Assembly (NCBI GenBank): GCA_963663235.2
Contig: CAXXNO010000006.1
Coordinates: forward strand, 224,001-288,000
DNA length: 64,000 nucleotides
Reading direction: 5' to 3'
DNA from: Dehalococcoidia bacterium
Lineage (GTDB): Bacteria; Chloroflexota; Dehalococcoidia; Bin125
Shown: piece by piece, positions 1 to 9,522 of the stretch
Position numbering within the stretch: the first letter of the stretch is position 1
Layout: each line of letters opens with the position of its first letter
Translations under genes and position numbers: made by a program
The notes under the pieces: model-generated
Database searches by the model: none
What the model was told of the DNA's origin: nothing
Seen by the model: the letters and a program-made list of their open reading frames with translations, nothing else

Positions 1-3
1 TCG

Positions 4-1254
4 GTGAGCGAGGATCTGGCCGACCTCGCGCTGGACGAGATCGAAGGGCCCCAAGGCCGCCCGCGGACTACGGACGTCTTTGAACGGCTGCGCGACTTCC
101 GCCTGCCGGACCAAGCCCGCGCGGTGGGGCTGTACCCGTTCTTCATCCCCATCGACGTGAACGAGGGCACGGAGGCCGTCATCGATGGGAAGCGCGTGCT
201 CATGCTGGGCTCGAACAACTACCTGGGGCTCACGCGGCATCCGAAAGTGCTGGAGGCCGCCAAAGCGGCGCTGGAGAAGTACGGCCCGTCGATGACGGGG
301 TCGCGCCTATTGAACGGCACGAGCGTGATCCACGAGCAACTCGAGGAGCGCATCGCGAGCTTCCTGGGCCACGAAGCAGCGTTGATCTTCACGACCGGCT
401 ACCAGGCCAACCTCTGCGTCATCTCGGCGCTGATCGAGCGCGGGGGCAGCGTGGTCATCGACAAGATGGATCACGCGAGCATCTACGACGCGGCGGCGAT
501 GTCGCAGGGGCAATCCGTGCGCTTCCGGCACAACGACCCCGCGCACCTGGAGGAAGTCTTGAGCGGCCTCCCGAAGGACGCGGGCCGACTGGTGGTGGTG
601 GACGGCGTCTACTCGATGGGCGGTGACATTGCGCCGTTACCGGAGATCGTCGACGTGTGCCGCCGTCAGCAGACCCGACTGGTGGTGGACGATGCCCATG
701 CGATCGGCACGATGGGGGAGCGGGGCACGGGCACGCCCAGCCACTTCAACATCCAGGAGGGTGTGGACCTGGTGGTCGGCACGTTCAGCAAGTCGCTGGC
801 GTCGGTGGGGGGATTCTGCACCGGGCCGGGGTACGTGCTGGAACACATCAAGCACTTCGCCCGGCCGATGATTTTCACGGCCTCGCCGCCGCCGGCGTCC
901 GTCGCGGCGGCGATGGCGGCGATCGAGTGCATGGAGGAGGAGCCCTGGCGGGTGGAGCGGGTCAAAGAGATCGGCGGGCGGGTGCGGGCGGCCCTGCGGG
1001 AGATGCAGTTCAACATCGGCACGACGGAGACACCCATCATCCCGATCGTCGTCGGCAGCGAGCTGAAGACCGGGATGTTCTGGCGCGACCTGATGGACCA
1101 CGGCATCTACACCAACGCGGTGATCGTGCCGGCCGTGCCGCGGGGCCAGTCCTCCCTGCGGACCTCATACATGGCAACGCACAGCGACGAACAGATCGAC
1201 CGGGCGTTGGATCTGTTCGGTGAGCTGGGGCGAAAACACGGCATCATCCCCTAA
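4..1254 (+). CDS. PLP-dependent alpha-oxoamine synthase, most likely serine palmitoyltransferase (alternatives BioF/KBL)
   Basis: GSNNYLGL, TGSRLLNGT, DHASI, DDAH, GTFSKSLASVGGF (PLP Lys), PAVP and LRTSYMATH motifs. The GTG start overlaps a TGA (5-7), so the operon probably continues to the left. Confidence 0.8.
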   Translation: MSEDLADLALDEIEGPQGRPRTTDVFERLRDFRLPDQARAVGLYPFFIPIDVNEGTEAVIDGKRVLMLGSNNYLGLTRHPKVLEAAKAALEKYGPSMTGSRLLNGTSVIHEQLEERIASFLGHEAALIFTTGYQANLCVISALIERGGSVVIDKMDHASIYDAAAMSQGQSVRFRHNDPAHLEEVLSGLPKDAGRLVVVDGVYSMGGDIAPLPEIVDVCRRQQTRLVVDDAHAIGTMGERGTGTPSHFNIQEGVDLVVGTFSKSLASVGGFCTGPGYVLEHIKHFARPMIFTASPPPASVAAAMAAIECMEEEPWRVERVKEIGGRVRAALREMQFNIGTTETPIIPIVVGSELKTGMFWRDLMDHGIYTNAVIVPAVPRGQSSLRTSYMATHSDEQIDRALDLFGELGRKHGIIP

Positions 1255-1260
1255 ACCTGC

Positions 1261-2235
1261 ATGCGAGTCCTGCTGACGGGCGCCAGCGGCTTTATCGGCG
1301 GACACACAGCGCGCGCGCTGGTGGCCGCGGAGCACGACGTGCGAGCGCTGGTGCGCCCTACGAGCGACCGCGCGGGGCTGGTCGATCTCCCGATTGAGCG
1401 GGCGGTGGGCGATCTCAGCGGCGCCGGCCTCGCGGCCGCGTGCAGGGACCGCGAGGCGGTGATCCACGTCGCCGGTCTGACCAAGGCGCGTGACGAAGCC
1501 GAGTACCAGCGGATCAATTGCGAGGGCACCGCGCAACTGGCGAGCGCCGCCGCCAGTGCGGGCGTGCGGCGCTTCCTGTACGTCTCCTCGCTGGCGGCGC
1601 ACGGACCCGTCTCGACGGAGCAGTATCGCGATCCGGGCGAGCCGTGCCGTCCCGTCTCCCCGTACGGCCGCTCCAAAGCCGCCGGCGAAGCGGCCGCGCT
1701 GGCGCTGCGTGATCAGATGGCGGTGCAGGTGCTGCGTCCCAGCGTGGTCTACGGACCAGGGGACCGCGGCCTATTGCCATTCTTCCGGATGGCCCGTCTC
1801 CGCCTGATCCCGGTGATCGGGCGCGGGGAGAACCGGATTTCCTTCATCTACGCCACCGACCTGGTGGAGGGGATCACGGCCCTGCTGGCGCACGAGCCGG
1901 ACGGATCGCCGTATTTCCACATCGCGGACGCGGAAGGGCCGTACACGTGGCGGCAGTTGGTGGGGGCGCTCTCCGTAGCGGTAGGACGGTCGGTAGCAGT
2001 CGTGCCGGCGCCGGCGCTGGGCTTCAGCGCCGCGGCGGTGCTGATGGAGGGAGTGGCCAAAGTGGTGCGCCGACCGGCGCTCCTCGATCGGGGCAAAGTA
2101 GCGGAGATGAAGCAGCGCGCGTGGGCCTGCGACAGCGCCGCGCTGACGGCCACGACCGGCTGGACGCCGCGGACGCCGCTGGCAGCCGGCTTGCGCGACA
2201 CGGTGGAGTGGTATCGCCAGCACGGCTGGCTGTAG
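1261..2235 (+). CDS. NAD-dependent epimerase/dehydratase (extended SDR)
   Basis: TGASGFIG Rossmann motif, YVSS, YGRSK catalytic motif, RPSVVYGPGD. Confidence 0.9.
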   Translation: MRVLLTGASGFIGGHTARALVAAEHDVRALVRPTSDRAGLVDLPIERAVGDLSGAGLAAACRDREAVIHVAGLTKARDEAEYQRINCEGTAQLASAAASAGVRRFLYVSSLAAHGPVSTEQYRDPGEPCRPVSPYGRSKAAGEAAALALRDQMAVQVLRPSVVYGPGDRGLLPFFRMARLRLIPVIGRGENRISFIYATDLVEGITALLAHEPDGSPYFHIADAEGPYTWRQLVGALSVAVGRSVAVVPAPALGFSAAAVLMEGVAKVVRRPALLDRGKVAEMKQRAWACDSAALTATTGWTPRTPLAAGLRDTVEWYRQHGWL

Positions 2236-2237
2236 CG

Positions 2238-2837
2238 ATGAGCGCCCGCGATGCCGGCGCATCGGGGGACCGCCCGCTGCTCTCGTTCGACCTGGACGGC
2301 GTCCTGGCTGCACCGCCGTTGGGACGCAACCTCACCATGAATCGCCGGCTCGACATGTCGCCGCCGGAGCGTGAGATCGCGCAGCGGCGGCTCTCCGCGT
2401 GGGACCGCGTGCTCATGGCGACGTACTACCGCGTGCGCTACAGCGGGCGCGGGCCGATGCCGGGCGCGCTGGACGCCGTCGCCACGGCAGCCGAGCGTCA
2501 TCGCGTCATTCTGATCAGCGGCCGTGACCGGCGCGGGCGGCTCGCCACCGAGGCGTGGCTCGATCGACACGGCTTCCTCTCGCTGTTCGAGGACGTGCTG
2601 TTGAACGACAGCGGGCTGCCGCCCGCGGACTTCAAGTATTTGACGGCGCGCCGCTTGGGCGTGCGTCGCCATGTGGAAGACGATGCGGGAACCGCCGCGC
2701 TGCTCGCGCGCGCCGGCATCGCCGTGGACTTGATCGATTGGCCGCGGAATCGCGGGCTGACGCTGCCGCCGGGAGTGACGCGTCGGGCGGATCTGGCGGC
2801 GCTGCAACAGGCGATCGCGGCAAAGGCGGAGGCGTAA
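2238..2837 (+). CDS. HAD-superfamily phosphatase (5'(3')-nucleotidase-like)
   Basis: FDLDGV motif I, ISGR motif II, conserved K, VEDD motif IV; ATG 2 nt after the previous stop. Confidence 0.75.
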   Translation: MSARDAGASGDRPLLSFDLDGVLAAPPLGRNLTMNRRLDMSPPEREIAQRRLSAWDRVLMATYYRVRYSGRGPMPGALDAVATAAERHRVILISGRDRRGRLATEAWLDRHGFLSLFEDVLLNDSGLPPADFKYLTARRLGVRRHVEDDAGTAALLARAGIAVDLIDWPRNRGLTLPPGVTRRADLAALQQAIAAKAEA

Positions 2838-2860
2838 GCGCTGCGTGTTACGCTCGGCGC

Positions 2861-3223
2861 ATGGCCAAGAAAGAGCGCGCATTCGCCATCCACGCACCCC
2901 CCGCGGTGATCTGGAAGACGCTGATGGGCGAGGTGGAGGAGGGCGTGCGCAGCGGTCGCGCGGTGATCGTGCATCAAGAGGCGCCCCGGCGTCTGGTGTT
3001 GGAGATCCGCCTGGGCTGGGGGTTGGCGGCCCGCTACACCTATGAGCTCTCGCTGGCGGGCGCGCACACCGAGGTCGCAGGGAGAGTGGACGCGCACGGC
3101 GTGCGCAATCGCGTCGCCCGCGTGATCACGCTCGGCCGATCCTCGACGCCGTACATGCTGGCGCTGACCCAAGGCCTGGCCAACCTCAAAGCCGCCGCCG
3201 AGGAAACCGCGAGAGAAGCGTGA
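2861..3223 (+). CDS. SRPBCC/START-like small protein
   Basis: IHAPPAVIW N-terminus and C-terminal helix ending LANLKAAAE, typical of SRPBCC; TACGCT -10 element 6 nt upstream of the ATG. Confidence 0.6.
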   Translation: MAKKERAFAIHAPPAVIWKTLMGEVEEGVRSGRAVIVHQEAPRRLVLEIRLGWGLAARYTYELSLAGAHTEVAGRVDAHGVRNRVARVITLGRSSTPYMLALTQGLANLKAAAEETAREA

Positions 3224-3313
3224 CCGGCGCGCGGCCTGTGTAGCGTTTGACTCGCCGCCGGCGTGAAGCGAACAATGGAAGCCGGAGGGGCGGGGCCGGG
3301 ACGAGGGGCGACC

Positions 3314-4657
3314 ATGCGGCGAGCGGCTCTCATCGCGGCGCTGGCGTTGCTGCTCGCCGCGACGGCGCTTTCCGCCACGCCCGTCACGCGGGCGCAATCG
3401 CTTGCACACGGCGACACTACCGGCGCATTGCGCGATAGCGTCGCGCCCGTGCGGATCAATCGGCCGCTGCAGGGGATCGTGCTGACGTGGGAAGGCGGCC
3501 GACTGGTGCGCCTGGCGGGGGCCCACATCGGCACGGGAGAGACGGCGCTGCAGACGGACGCGACGGGGCGCTTCAGCATCCCGGCGTCGATCCGCACGGA
3601 CCGGCTCAACGTCGTTGCCCCGGGTTACGCCGTGGTCCGTCGGACGACGACGGCCGATTACGCGGTAGTGCTGATGCGCCCGCTGGCCGAGGTACGCGCC
3701 ATCTATGTCCCCTACGCACAGCTCGATCGCCCGGAAGTCTTGGACTGGGTGCTGGGGCTGGCGCGCAGCCGGGTCATCACCAGTGTGGTCCTGGACATGA
3801 AGGATGACAGCGGGCAGGTGCATCCCCTGTTCGCCACGGACCTGGCGCGCCAGGCGGGGAGCGTCAAACCACTGCCCACGGACATCGACGGCTTCCTGCG
3901 GGATTTGGACGCGCTCGGCATCTACACGATTGCCCGCGTAGTCACGTTCCGCGACAGCCTCTTTGGGCGCGCGAACCCCGCGGACGCGATCCTCACCCAC
4001 GGCGGCGAAGTCATGCGGGACATCCAAGGGCTGGTCTGGACGAATCCCTTCAGCGAGACGGCGCGCCGTTACAACGTGGAGATCGCGGCCGAGATCGCCA
4101 AGCGGTTCGACGAAGTGCAGTTCGACTACGTGCGCTTCCCCGCCGACGCGGACGTCGCGGTGCGTTCCGCGACCACGAGCGAGGAGCGGTCGGCGATCAT
4201 CGGGCGGTTCCTGGCGGAGGCGGCGACGGCGATCCACGCGCAGGGCGCTGCGATCGCGGCTGACACCTTTGGGCAAACCACGCTCATCGAGCACGACGAC
4301 GGAATCGGGCAGGTCCTGGAGTTCATGGCGCCGGAGTTGGACTACTACTCGCCGATGGTCTACCCGAGCACCTGGACCACGGGGTGGTTTGGCTTGCCGT
4401 ACCCGCCCTCCGACCCATACCGCGTGGTGCTGGAAAGCGTGCGCACCGCCGTGGAGCGAATGTCGACGCTGGGAAACGTCGTCGTGCGACCCTGGCTGCA
4501 AGACTTCCACGACTACCAAGAGCAGAGTCTGCCGTACGGTGCTGCGGAGGTGCGGCTCCAGATCGAGGCCGCCGCGGAAGCGGGGGGGCAGGGCTTCATG
4601 CTGTGGGACCCCAGCCTGCAGTACCAATTGGGCGTGCTCGCAGAACTCGCCCCATAG
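3314..4657 (+). CDS. secreted putative glycoside hydrolase (DUF4015/GHL-like TIM barrel) with N-terminal beta-sandwich domain
   Basis: Signal peptide; TDATGRF; VVLDMKDDSG, IARVVTFRD, FDEVQFDYVRFP, SPMVYPS, RPWLQDF, LWDP motifs. Confidence 0.8.
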   Translation: MRRAALIAALALLLAATALSATPVTRAQSLAHGDTTGALRDSVAPVRINRPLQGIVLTWEGGRLVRLAGAHIGTGETALQTDATGRFSIPASIRTDRLNVVAPGYAVVRRTTTADYAVVLMRPLAEVRAIYVPYAQLDRPEVLDWVLGLARSRVITSVVLDMKDDSGQVHPLFATDLARQAGSVKPLPTDIDGFLRDLDALGIYTIARVVTFRDSLFGRANPADAILTHGGEVMRDIQGLVWTNPFSETARRYNVEIAAEIAKRFDEVQFDYVRFPADADVAVRSATTSEERSAIIGRFLAEAATAIHAQGAAIAADTFGQTTLIEHDDGIGQVLEFMAPELDYYSPMVYPSTWTTGWFGLPYPPSDPYRVVLESVRTAVERMSTLGNVVVRPWLQDFHDYQEQSLPYGAAEVRLQIEAAAEAGGQGFMLWDPSLQYQLGVLAELAP

Positions 4658-4703
4658 CCCAGCCTCGCAGCGACGGCCACAGCGGCGGGTGTAACCTGAG
4701 GCC

Positions 4704-5780
4704 GTGACCACGACCAGCGAACAAACCGAGCGAGAATCGCCGGCGGACGTGCTGGACCGTCTCACCGTGCCCGGCGAGCTGGTCGAAACCCTGCCGGCGG
4801 GGCGGGTGCGCTGCGTGGCGTGCGGACATCGCTGCCTGATCCCGCCGGGCGCGCGCGGCGTCTGTCGCGTGCGCTTCAACCGCGAGGGCGAGTTGCGCGT
4901 GCCCTCCGGCTACGTGGGGGCGCTGCAAGTGGACCCGGTGGAGAAGAAGCCATTCTTCCACTTTCTGCCCGGCTCCACAGCGCTGTCGTTCGGGATGCTG
5001 GGCTGCGACTTCCACTGCGGCTACTGCCAGAACTGGGTCACGTCGCAAGCGCTGCGCGACCCCGCGGCGGAGGGCGGCGCCCAGCCGGTGGAGCCGGCGG
5101 AGCTCGTGCGGACGGCGCTGGAGCGGGGCAGCCGCCTAGTCGTGAGCACCTACAACGAGCCGCTGATCACGTCGGAGTGGGCGGTCGCGGTGTTCAAGGA
5201 GGCGCGGCGGGCAGGGCTGCGCACGGCCTACGTGTCCAACGGCAACGCGACGGCGGAAGCGCTGGACTATATCGAGCCGTACGTCGATGCGTACAAAGTC
5301 GATCTCAAGTCGATGCAGGATCGGAACTACCGGCGGCTGGGCGGCGTGCTGGAGCACGTGCTGTGGACGATCCGTGCGGTCCACGAACGAGCGATGTGGC
5401 TGGAAGTGGTCACGCTGCTGGTGCCCGGCTTCAACGACAGCGACGACGAATTGCGCGAGGCGGCCGCGTTCCTGGCCGGAGTGTCGCGCGATATTCCCTG
5501 GCACGTCACCGCCTTTCACCCGGACTACAAGATGGTGGACCCCGAGCGCACGCCGACGCGGACGCTGCTCCGCGCCACGGAGATCGGACGGGCGGCAGGG
5601 CTGCGCTACGTCTACGCGGGCAACCACCCGGGGATGGTGGGCGAGTGGGAGAACACCCGCTGCCCGGGCTGCGACGCGACGCTGGTGCGCCGGTCCGGGT
5701 TCAACGTGCAGGAGCAGCGGCTGGACAGCGGCGGGGTCTGCCCCGACTGCGGCAGCCCGGTCGCCGGCGTCTGGGCCTAG
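4704..5780 (+). CDS. amrS: AmmeMemoRadiSam system radical SAM enzyme
   Basis: N-terminal CxxC...C...C, DPVEKKPFFHF, CDFHCGYCQNW radical SAM motif, TYNEP, PWHVTAFHPDYKM, C-terminal CPxC pairs. Confidence 0.92.
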   Translation: MTTTSEQTERESPADVLDRLTVPGELVETLPAGRVRCVACGHRCLIPPGARGVCRVRFNREGELRVPSGYVGALQVDPVEKKPFFHFLPGSTALSFGMLGCDFHCGYCQNWVTSQALRDPAAEGGAQPVEPAELVRTALERGSRLVVSTYNEPLITSEWAVAVFKEARRAGLRTAYVSNGNATAEALDYIEPYVDAYKVDLKSMQDRNYRRLGGVLEHVLWTIRAVHERAMWLEVVTLLVPGFNDSDDELREAAAFLAGVSRDIPWHVTAFHPDYKMVDPERTPTRTLLRATEIGRAAGLRYVYAGNHPGMVGEWENTRCPGCDATLVRRSGFNVQEQRLDSGGVCPDCGSPVAGVWA

Positions 5781-5864
5781 CGCGCTTCCGCGCCGCAGCG
5801 GCACGACGAGGGAAACGCAAGCGAGCGGACGAGGCAGCGCCCGCCGCCGGGGTCGCGCAAGCGA

Positions 5865-6248
5865 TCAGCGGCGCCTGAAAGCCCGGATCGTGCGCGTGAT
5901 CCAGAACACCACCCAGCCCGCCAAGACCAGCGAGGCTATCGTGATGCGGGTGCTGTCGACGATCTGGTGTACTCGGAGCTCGCTCGCGGTCAGTTCCAGC
6001 ACGGCCACCGGCCGGGCGCGAGCGCCCGCGCCGCCCCCGCCGCCTCCGCCCTCGCCGACGCCCTTGTGGCCGTCGCCGGAGCCGAAGCCGCCTCCGAACC
6101 CGTAGCCCGCCGAGACGCTGGCGAGGGGCACGATCAAGCGCCCCTCCTGCTGCTGGATCGGTCCCACCACCGCCGCGGCGTTCGCCATCTCGGTCACGCG
6201 AGCGGCCTGGCGCGGGATCTCGTTGAGGTCGAACCTGGATTCGGTCAC
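5865..6248 (-). CDS. GerW/YtfJ-family protein
   Basis: P(L/V)A-x-V-x-x-G-Y-G-F-G-G-G, Gly-rich loop, ARPVAVL, C-terminal TM; GTG overlaps the upstream TGA. Confidence 0.75.
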   Translation of the reverse strand: MTESRFDLNEIPRQAARVTEMANAAAVVGPIQQQEGRLIVPLASVSAGYGFGGGFGSGDGHKGVGEGGGGGGGAGARARPVAVLELTASELRVHQIVDSTRITIASLVLAGWVVFWITRTIRAFRRR

Positions 6249-6541
6249 GCGTGTCTTCCCCACCTATCGATGATCGTGTGGCAAATGGCGGCCGTGAACA
6301 GGCCGGCCGCCGCCAAGGCCAGCACGGCGCGACCGGTGATATCGCCCACGGGAACCCATTCCACGCGGCCGTCGGGCCGCCGGACCGTGACCTGGTACGG
6401 GCGCAGGAGCCGCAGACCGCCATAGCGGCACTCGCCCAGCAGACCGAGGGCGTCCACCTGGATGGCGCCGACGTCGGTGTGGAGCGGCGGCGCCGGGATG
6501 CGGCCGATCCGCGCTTCGCCCATGCCGCCGGGAAGCTTCAT
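6245..6541 (-). CDS. small membrane-anchored protein, possible divergent YtfJ paralog
   Basis: RPYQVTV...VEWVPVGDIT followed by a TM helix; coupled to the downstream gene. Confidence 0.55.
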   Translation of the reverse strand: MKLPGGMGEARIGRIPAPPLHTDVGAIQVDALGLLGECRYGGLRLLRPYQVTVRRPDGRVEWVPVGDITGRAVLALAAAGLFTAAICHTIIDRWGRHA

Positions 6542-6554
6542 CGCGCCAATCAGC

Positions 6555-7244
6555 CTAGCACGGGTCCTGCGCGTCCCCGGAGGTTGCGAGGCGTTCGATG
6601 GTGTAGAGGACGGGGATGAGCACGAGCGCAGCCCATACCCAGCCGCCCAGAACGTCCGAGGGCCAGTGCACGCCGAGCGAGACCGCGGCCCAGGGCTGTA
6701 AGAAGACGGCGCCGAGGCCCCAGGTAGCGATGGGCAGGCGCAGCCAGAGCGGGCCAGGGATGCGCCAGCAGAGGTATAGCAGCAGCACCCCGGCGAGCGT
6801 GCCGCTCATCACGTGTCCGCTGGGAAAGCTAGACGAGGTGACGGATGCGTGCCGATCTAGCAAGTCCAGCGAGGGGCGGGGGCGGTCGACGGCGAGCTTG
6901 AGCAGCGCCTGCAAGGCGAAGGCCGGCAGGATCGCGGCGGAGAGCAGCGCCGCTCGGGGCCGACGGAGCGCGAGCAGCGCCACGACAACGAGGGCCACTA
7001 TCGCGAGGGAAGCCGGCGTGGAGCCAACATCGCGGAGGAAGCGGCCGAGGTCGCGGCCGGGCACGTCGTTCGCCTGCACCCAGCGGCCCACCGCGACATC
7101 GGCAGGGAAATGATCGGCCTGCGCCGCCCAGGCGGACATGGCGATCGCGCCGACGAGGAGGGCGATCCAGACGGCAAGCAGCAGCGTGCCGCTGGCGGGC
7201 CGGGGCGGGATCGAGGCCCAGGTTGCGTCAATCGTGGTGCGCAG
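6555..7244 (-). CDS. PAP2-family membrane phosphatase
   Basis: KxxxxxxRP (LKLAVDRPRP), FPSGH, GVHWPSDV motifs; probable CTG start 7 nt after GGAG. Confidence 0.85.
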   Translation of the reverse strand: MRTTIDATWASIPPRPASGTLLLAVWIALLVGAIAMSAWAAQADHFPADVAVGRWVQANDVPGRDLGRFLRDVGSTPASLAIVALVVVALLALRRPRAALLSAAILPAFALQALLKLAVDRPRPSLDLLDRHASVTSSSFPSGHVMSGTLAGVLLLYLCWRIPGPLWLRLPIATWGLGAVFLQPWAAVSLGVHWPSDVLGGWVWAALVLIPVLYTIERLATSGDAQDPC

Positions 7245-7267
7245 GGGGCGGCTCCGCTCGGCCGCAT

Positions 7268-7305
7268 CGTAACTTGGTGCGTAACTTGGTGCGTACCTTG
7301 GTGCG
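7268..7305. repeat. 12-bp tandem repeat x3 (CGTAACTTGGTG)
   Basis: Copies at 7268, 7280 and 7292 (one mismatch), between divergent genes. Confidence 0.9.
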
Positions 7306-7377
7306 GGGGGAAGAGCAGGCGCCCGCCCGTGGGGAGCGGACGCATCCGGAGTTCGCGGTACACTGAAAGCGGTCGGA

Positions 7378-9195
7378 ATGGCGCACCTAGCATCCCAACA
7401 TCTTGGGTTTCGGGATCGACTTTCGCGGCGCGCTCTGCTGCGCGCGGCGGCGCGCGCGGGGGTCGGGGCGACCGCGCTCGCGGTCGCCGGATGCGGGGAG
7501 GAAGCGGAACCGCCGGAACTCAGTGAGCCGCCGGACCTGGAGACGCTCCTCCGGGAGGTGCAAGAGCCGATCAGGGCACAGCGGCCGCCGCTGCCGTCGG
7601 AGGGGGTCCCGGAGCGGGGGGGGACGTTACGGCTGCACACCGATCTCGACCTGCTGGACTTCTTCGACATCCATCGCTCGCGGTTCCCCACCACCCAGGC
7701 ATTCTCCGCCCTGCAGCAGAACCGGCTGATCCGCTACGCGGACATCAACGCCGGAATCATGGAGAGCGACCTGGCCGCGCTGCCGGAGATCCCGGAGGCC
7801 GATACGTACGTCTTTGAGCTCAAAGAGGGAATCCACTGGTGGGACCGGAACCCCACGAACGGCCGCCCGTTCACCACCGCGGACGTGCGCGCGAACTTCG
7901 AACGGCAGATCGCCGGCGTCGACGCAACGGGTGAGCCCGACCCGCTCTTCCAGCGGCAGGCCGCCTTCGCCGAGACCATGACGCTGGACGTGGTTGATGA
8001 GCGAACCCTGGTCCTGCAAACCGACGGGCCCAATGCGGCGTTTCTCGGCAGCGTCATCGCGGGGCCGTGGGCGTTCTTTCAAGCGCCGGAAGTGTGGGAG
8101 GGGAATGGAGACCGCCTGCGCGACGACCCGCTGCACGCGTCCTTCTACAGCGGCACCGGTCCATTCATCGTGGACCGATTCGTGGAAGGGAGCGCGATCA
8201 GCTTCCGGCGCAACGCCGCCTATTTCCGGGAGGAGTTGCCACGGCTGGACGCGATTTCGTACCAGAGTTTGACCGACCCAGCCCGGCAGGAGAGCGCCTA
8301 CCGCGAGGGGGAACTGGACCTCTGGAGCCCCGCCGACCCCCTGCTGCTGGAGCCGCTGGTGCGCGACCTGCCGGACCAGCGGCTCAGCGACCGCCCACTG
8401 CCGTTCGCCATCCAGGCGTCGTTTCTTTTCCGGAGTGGAGTGGGAGACAACCCCTACCGCGACCGCCGCCTGGCGCTGGCCGTGCACCTGGCGCTGAATC
8501 GATTCGCCATCGTCGCGGCCACCTACGGCGGATTCGCGCGGCTGAGCGGGCCGCAGCCGTGGTTCGCCGAGGGCTGGGCGATCCCAGAGGAGACCCTGCT
8601 GGAACTTCCCGGATACCGCCCGGACAAGAGCGAAGACATCGTGGAAGCGCGCCGCCTGGTGGACGCCGTGGGGCATCGGGAACCCCTGCCGCTGGTGGTG
8701 CCGGACGTCTTCGAGGCCACCTTCGCGGGCATCGGAGCGGTCATCCGCCAAAACCTGGAGGTGAACCTGGGGGTCCCGATAGAGATCCGGACAGCGAGCT
8801 ACGCCCAGATCATCACCGGGCTGCGTGAGGGGACGACGTTCGCCGCCCTGGGCTGGGGCGACGCCATCACGGACGCGGACCCCACGGCGGATCTCCTGCG
8901 GACCATGCACAGCGAGGGCGCGGACAACCTGGGAGGGTTTTCGGATCCGACGCTGGATGTGGCCATCGAGCGGATGCGGGCGACGCTCGACCGAGACGAG
9001 CGCCAGCAGATCTTTCGGGACGAGGTGCAGCCGCGCTTAAACCGGAGCCCCGCCTGGATCGTCAACGTGGCCAACGGGATCCAGCGCAGCATCAGCCGAG
9101 CCGCCATCCATCTCCCCGCCTCCGGCTTCGGCTGGGACCCACACCTGCTGGAGCAGGCGTGGGTGGAAGGCAGCGACCTGGACGAAGGCGCCTGA
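7378..9195 (+). CDS. ABC transporter substrate-binding protein, family 5, Tat lipoprotein
   Basis: LSRRALL twin-arginine motif, AGC lipobox, RGGTL, GRPFTTADV, GTGPF motifs. Confidence 0.9.
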   Translation: MAHLASQHLGFRDRLSRRALLRAAARAGVGATALAVAGCGEEAEPPELSEPPDLETLLREVQEPIRAQRPPLPSEGVPERGGTLRLHTDLDLLDFFDIHRSRFPTTQAFSALQQNRLIRYADINAGIMESDLAALPEIPEADTYVFELKEGIHWWDRNPTNGRPFTTADVRANFERQIAGVDATGEPDPLFQRQAAFAETMTLDVVDERTLVLQTDGPNAAFLGSVIAGPWAFFQAPEVWEGNGDRLRDDPLHASFYSGTGPFIVDRFVEGSAISFRRNAAYFREELPRLDAISYQSLTDPARQESAYREGELDLWSPADPLLLEPLVRDLPDQRLSDRPLPFAIQASFLFRSGVGDNPYRDRRLALAVHLALNRFAIVAATYGGFARLSGPQPWFAEGWAIPEETLLELPGYRPDKSEDIVEARRLVDAVGHREPLPLVVPDVFEATFAGIGAVIRQNLEVNLGVPIEIRTASYAQIITGLREGTTFAALGWGDAITDADPTADLLRTMHSEGADNLGGFSDPTLDVAIERMRATLDRDERQQIFRDEVQPRLNRSPAWIVNVANGIQRSISRAAIHLPASGFGWDPHLLEQAWVEGSDLDEGA

Positions 9196-9522
9196 CGGGG
9201 GGGACACAGATCGGGGCGGCCCCCCCACTCTTATGGGCAGTTCGCCCGATGCGACGCTCCCGGCCGCGCCTGGACGCTGGCTCCAGGGCAGCGCGGGAAA
9301 GGCTCGCCGATGACGAAGCGGAACCCCAGCGACGACGTGGCCCGTCCGGCCGCCGTGCTGCTCTCGATCGACCGTGCGCTGGTCCCAGATCCGACGGTCG
9401 AGTCCTTGGTGATCGAAGGCGAGCGCGCGGTGGTGCGGTTCGTCGGAGGCGACGGGAGCGCGTCTCTGGTGCGGCTGACGAGGCAGGGCGGCCGCTGGCA
9501 GGTGGCCCGCCGTGGAAGCAGC

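Noticed and set aside
2498-4879. 793-aa minus-strand ORF
   Set aside because: Antisense shadow of real plus-strand genes; Arg/His-rich with no motifs, as expected at high GC
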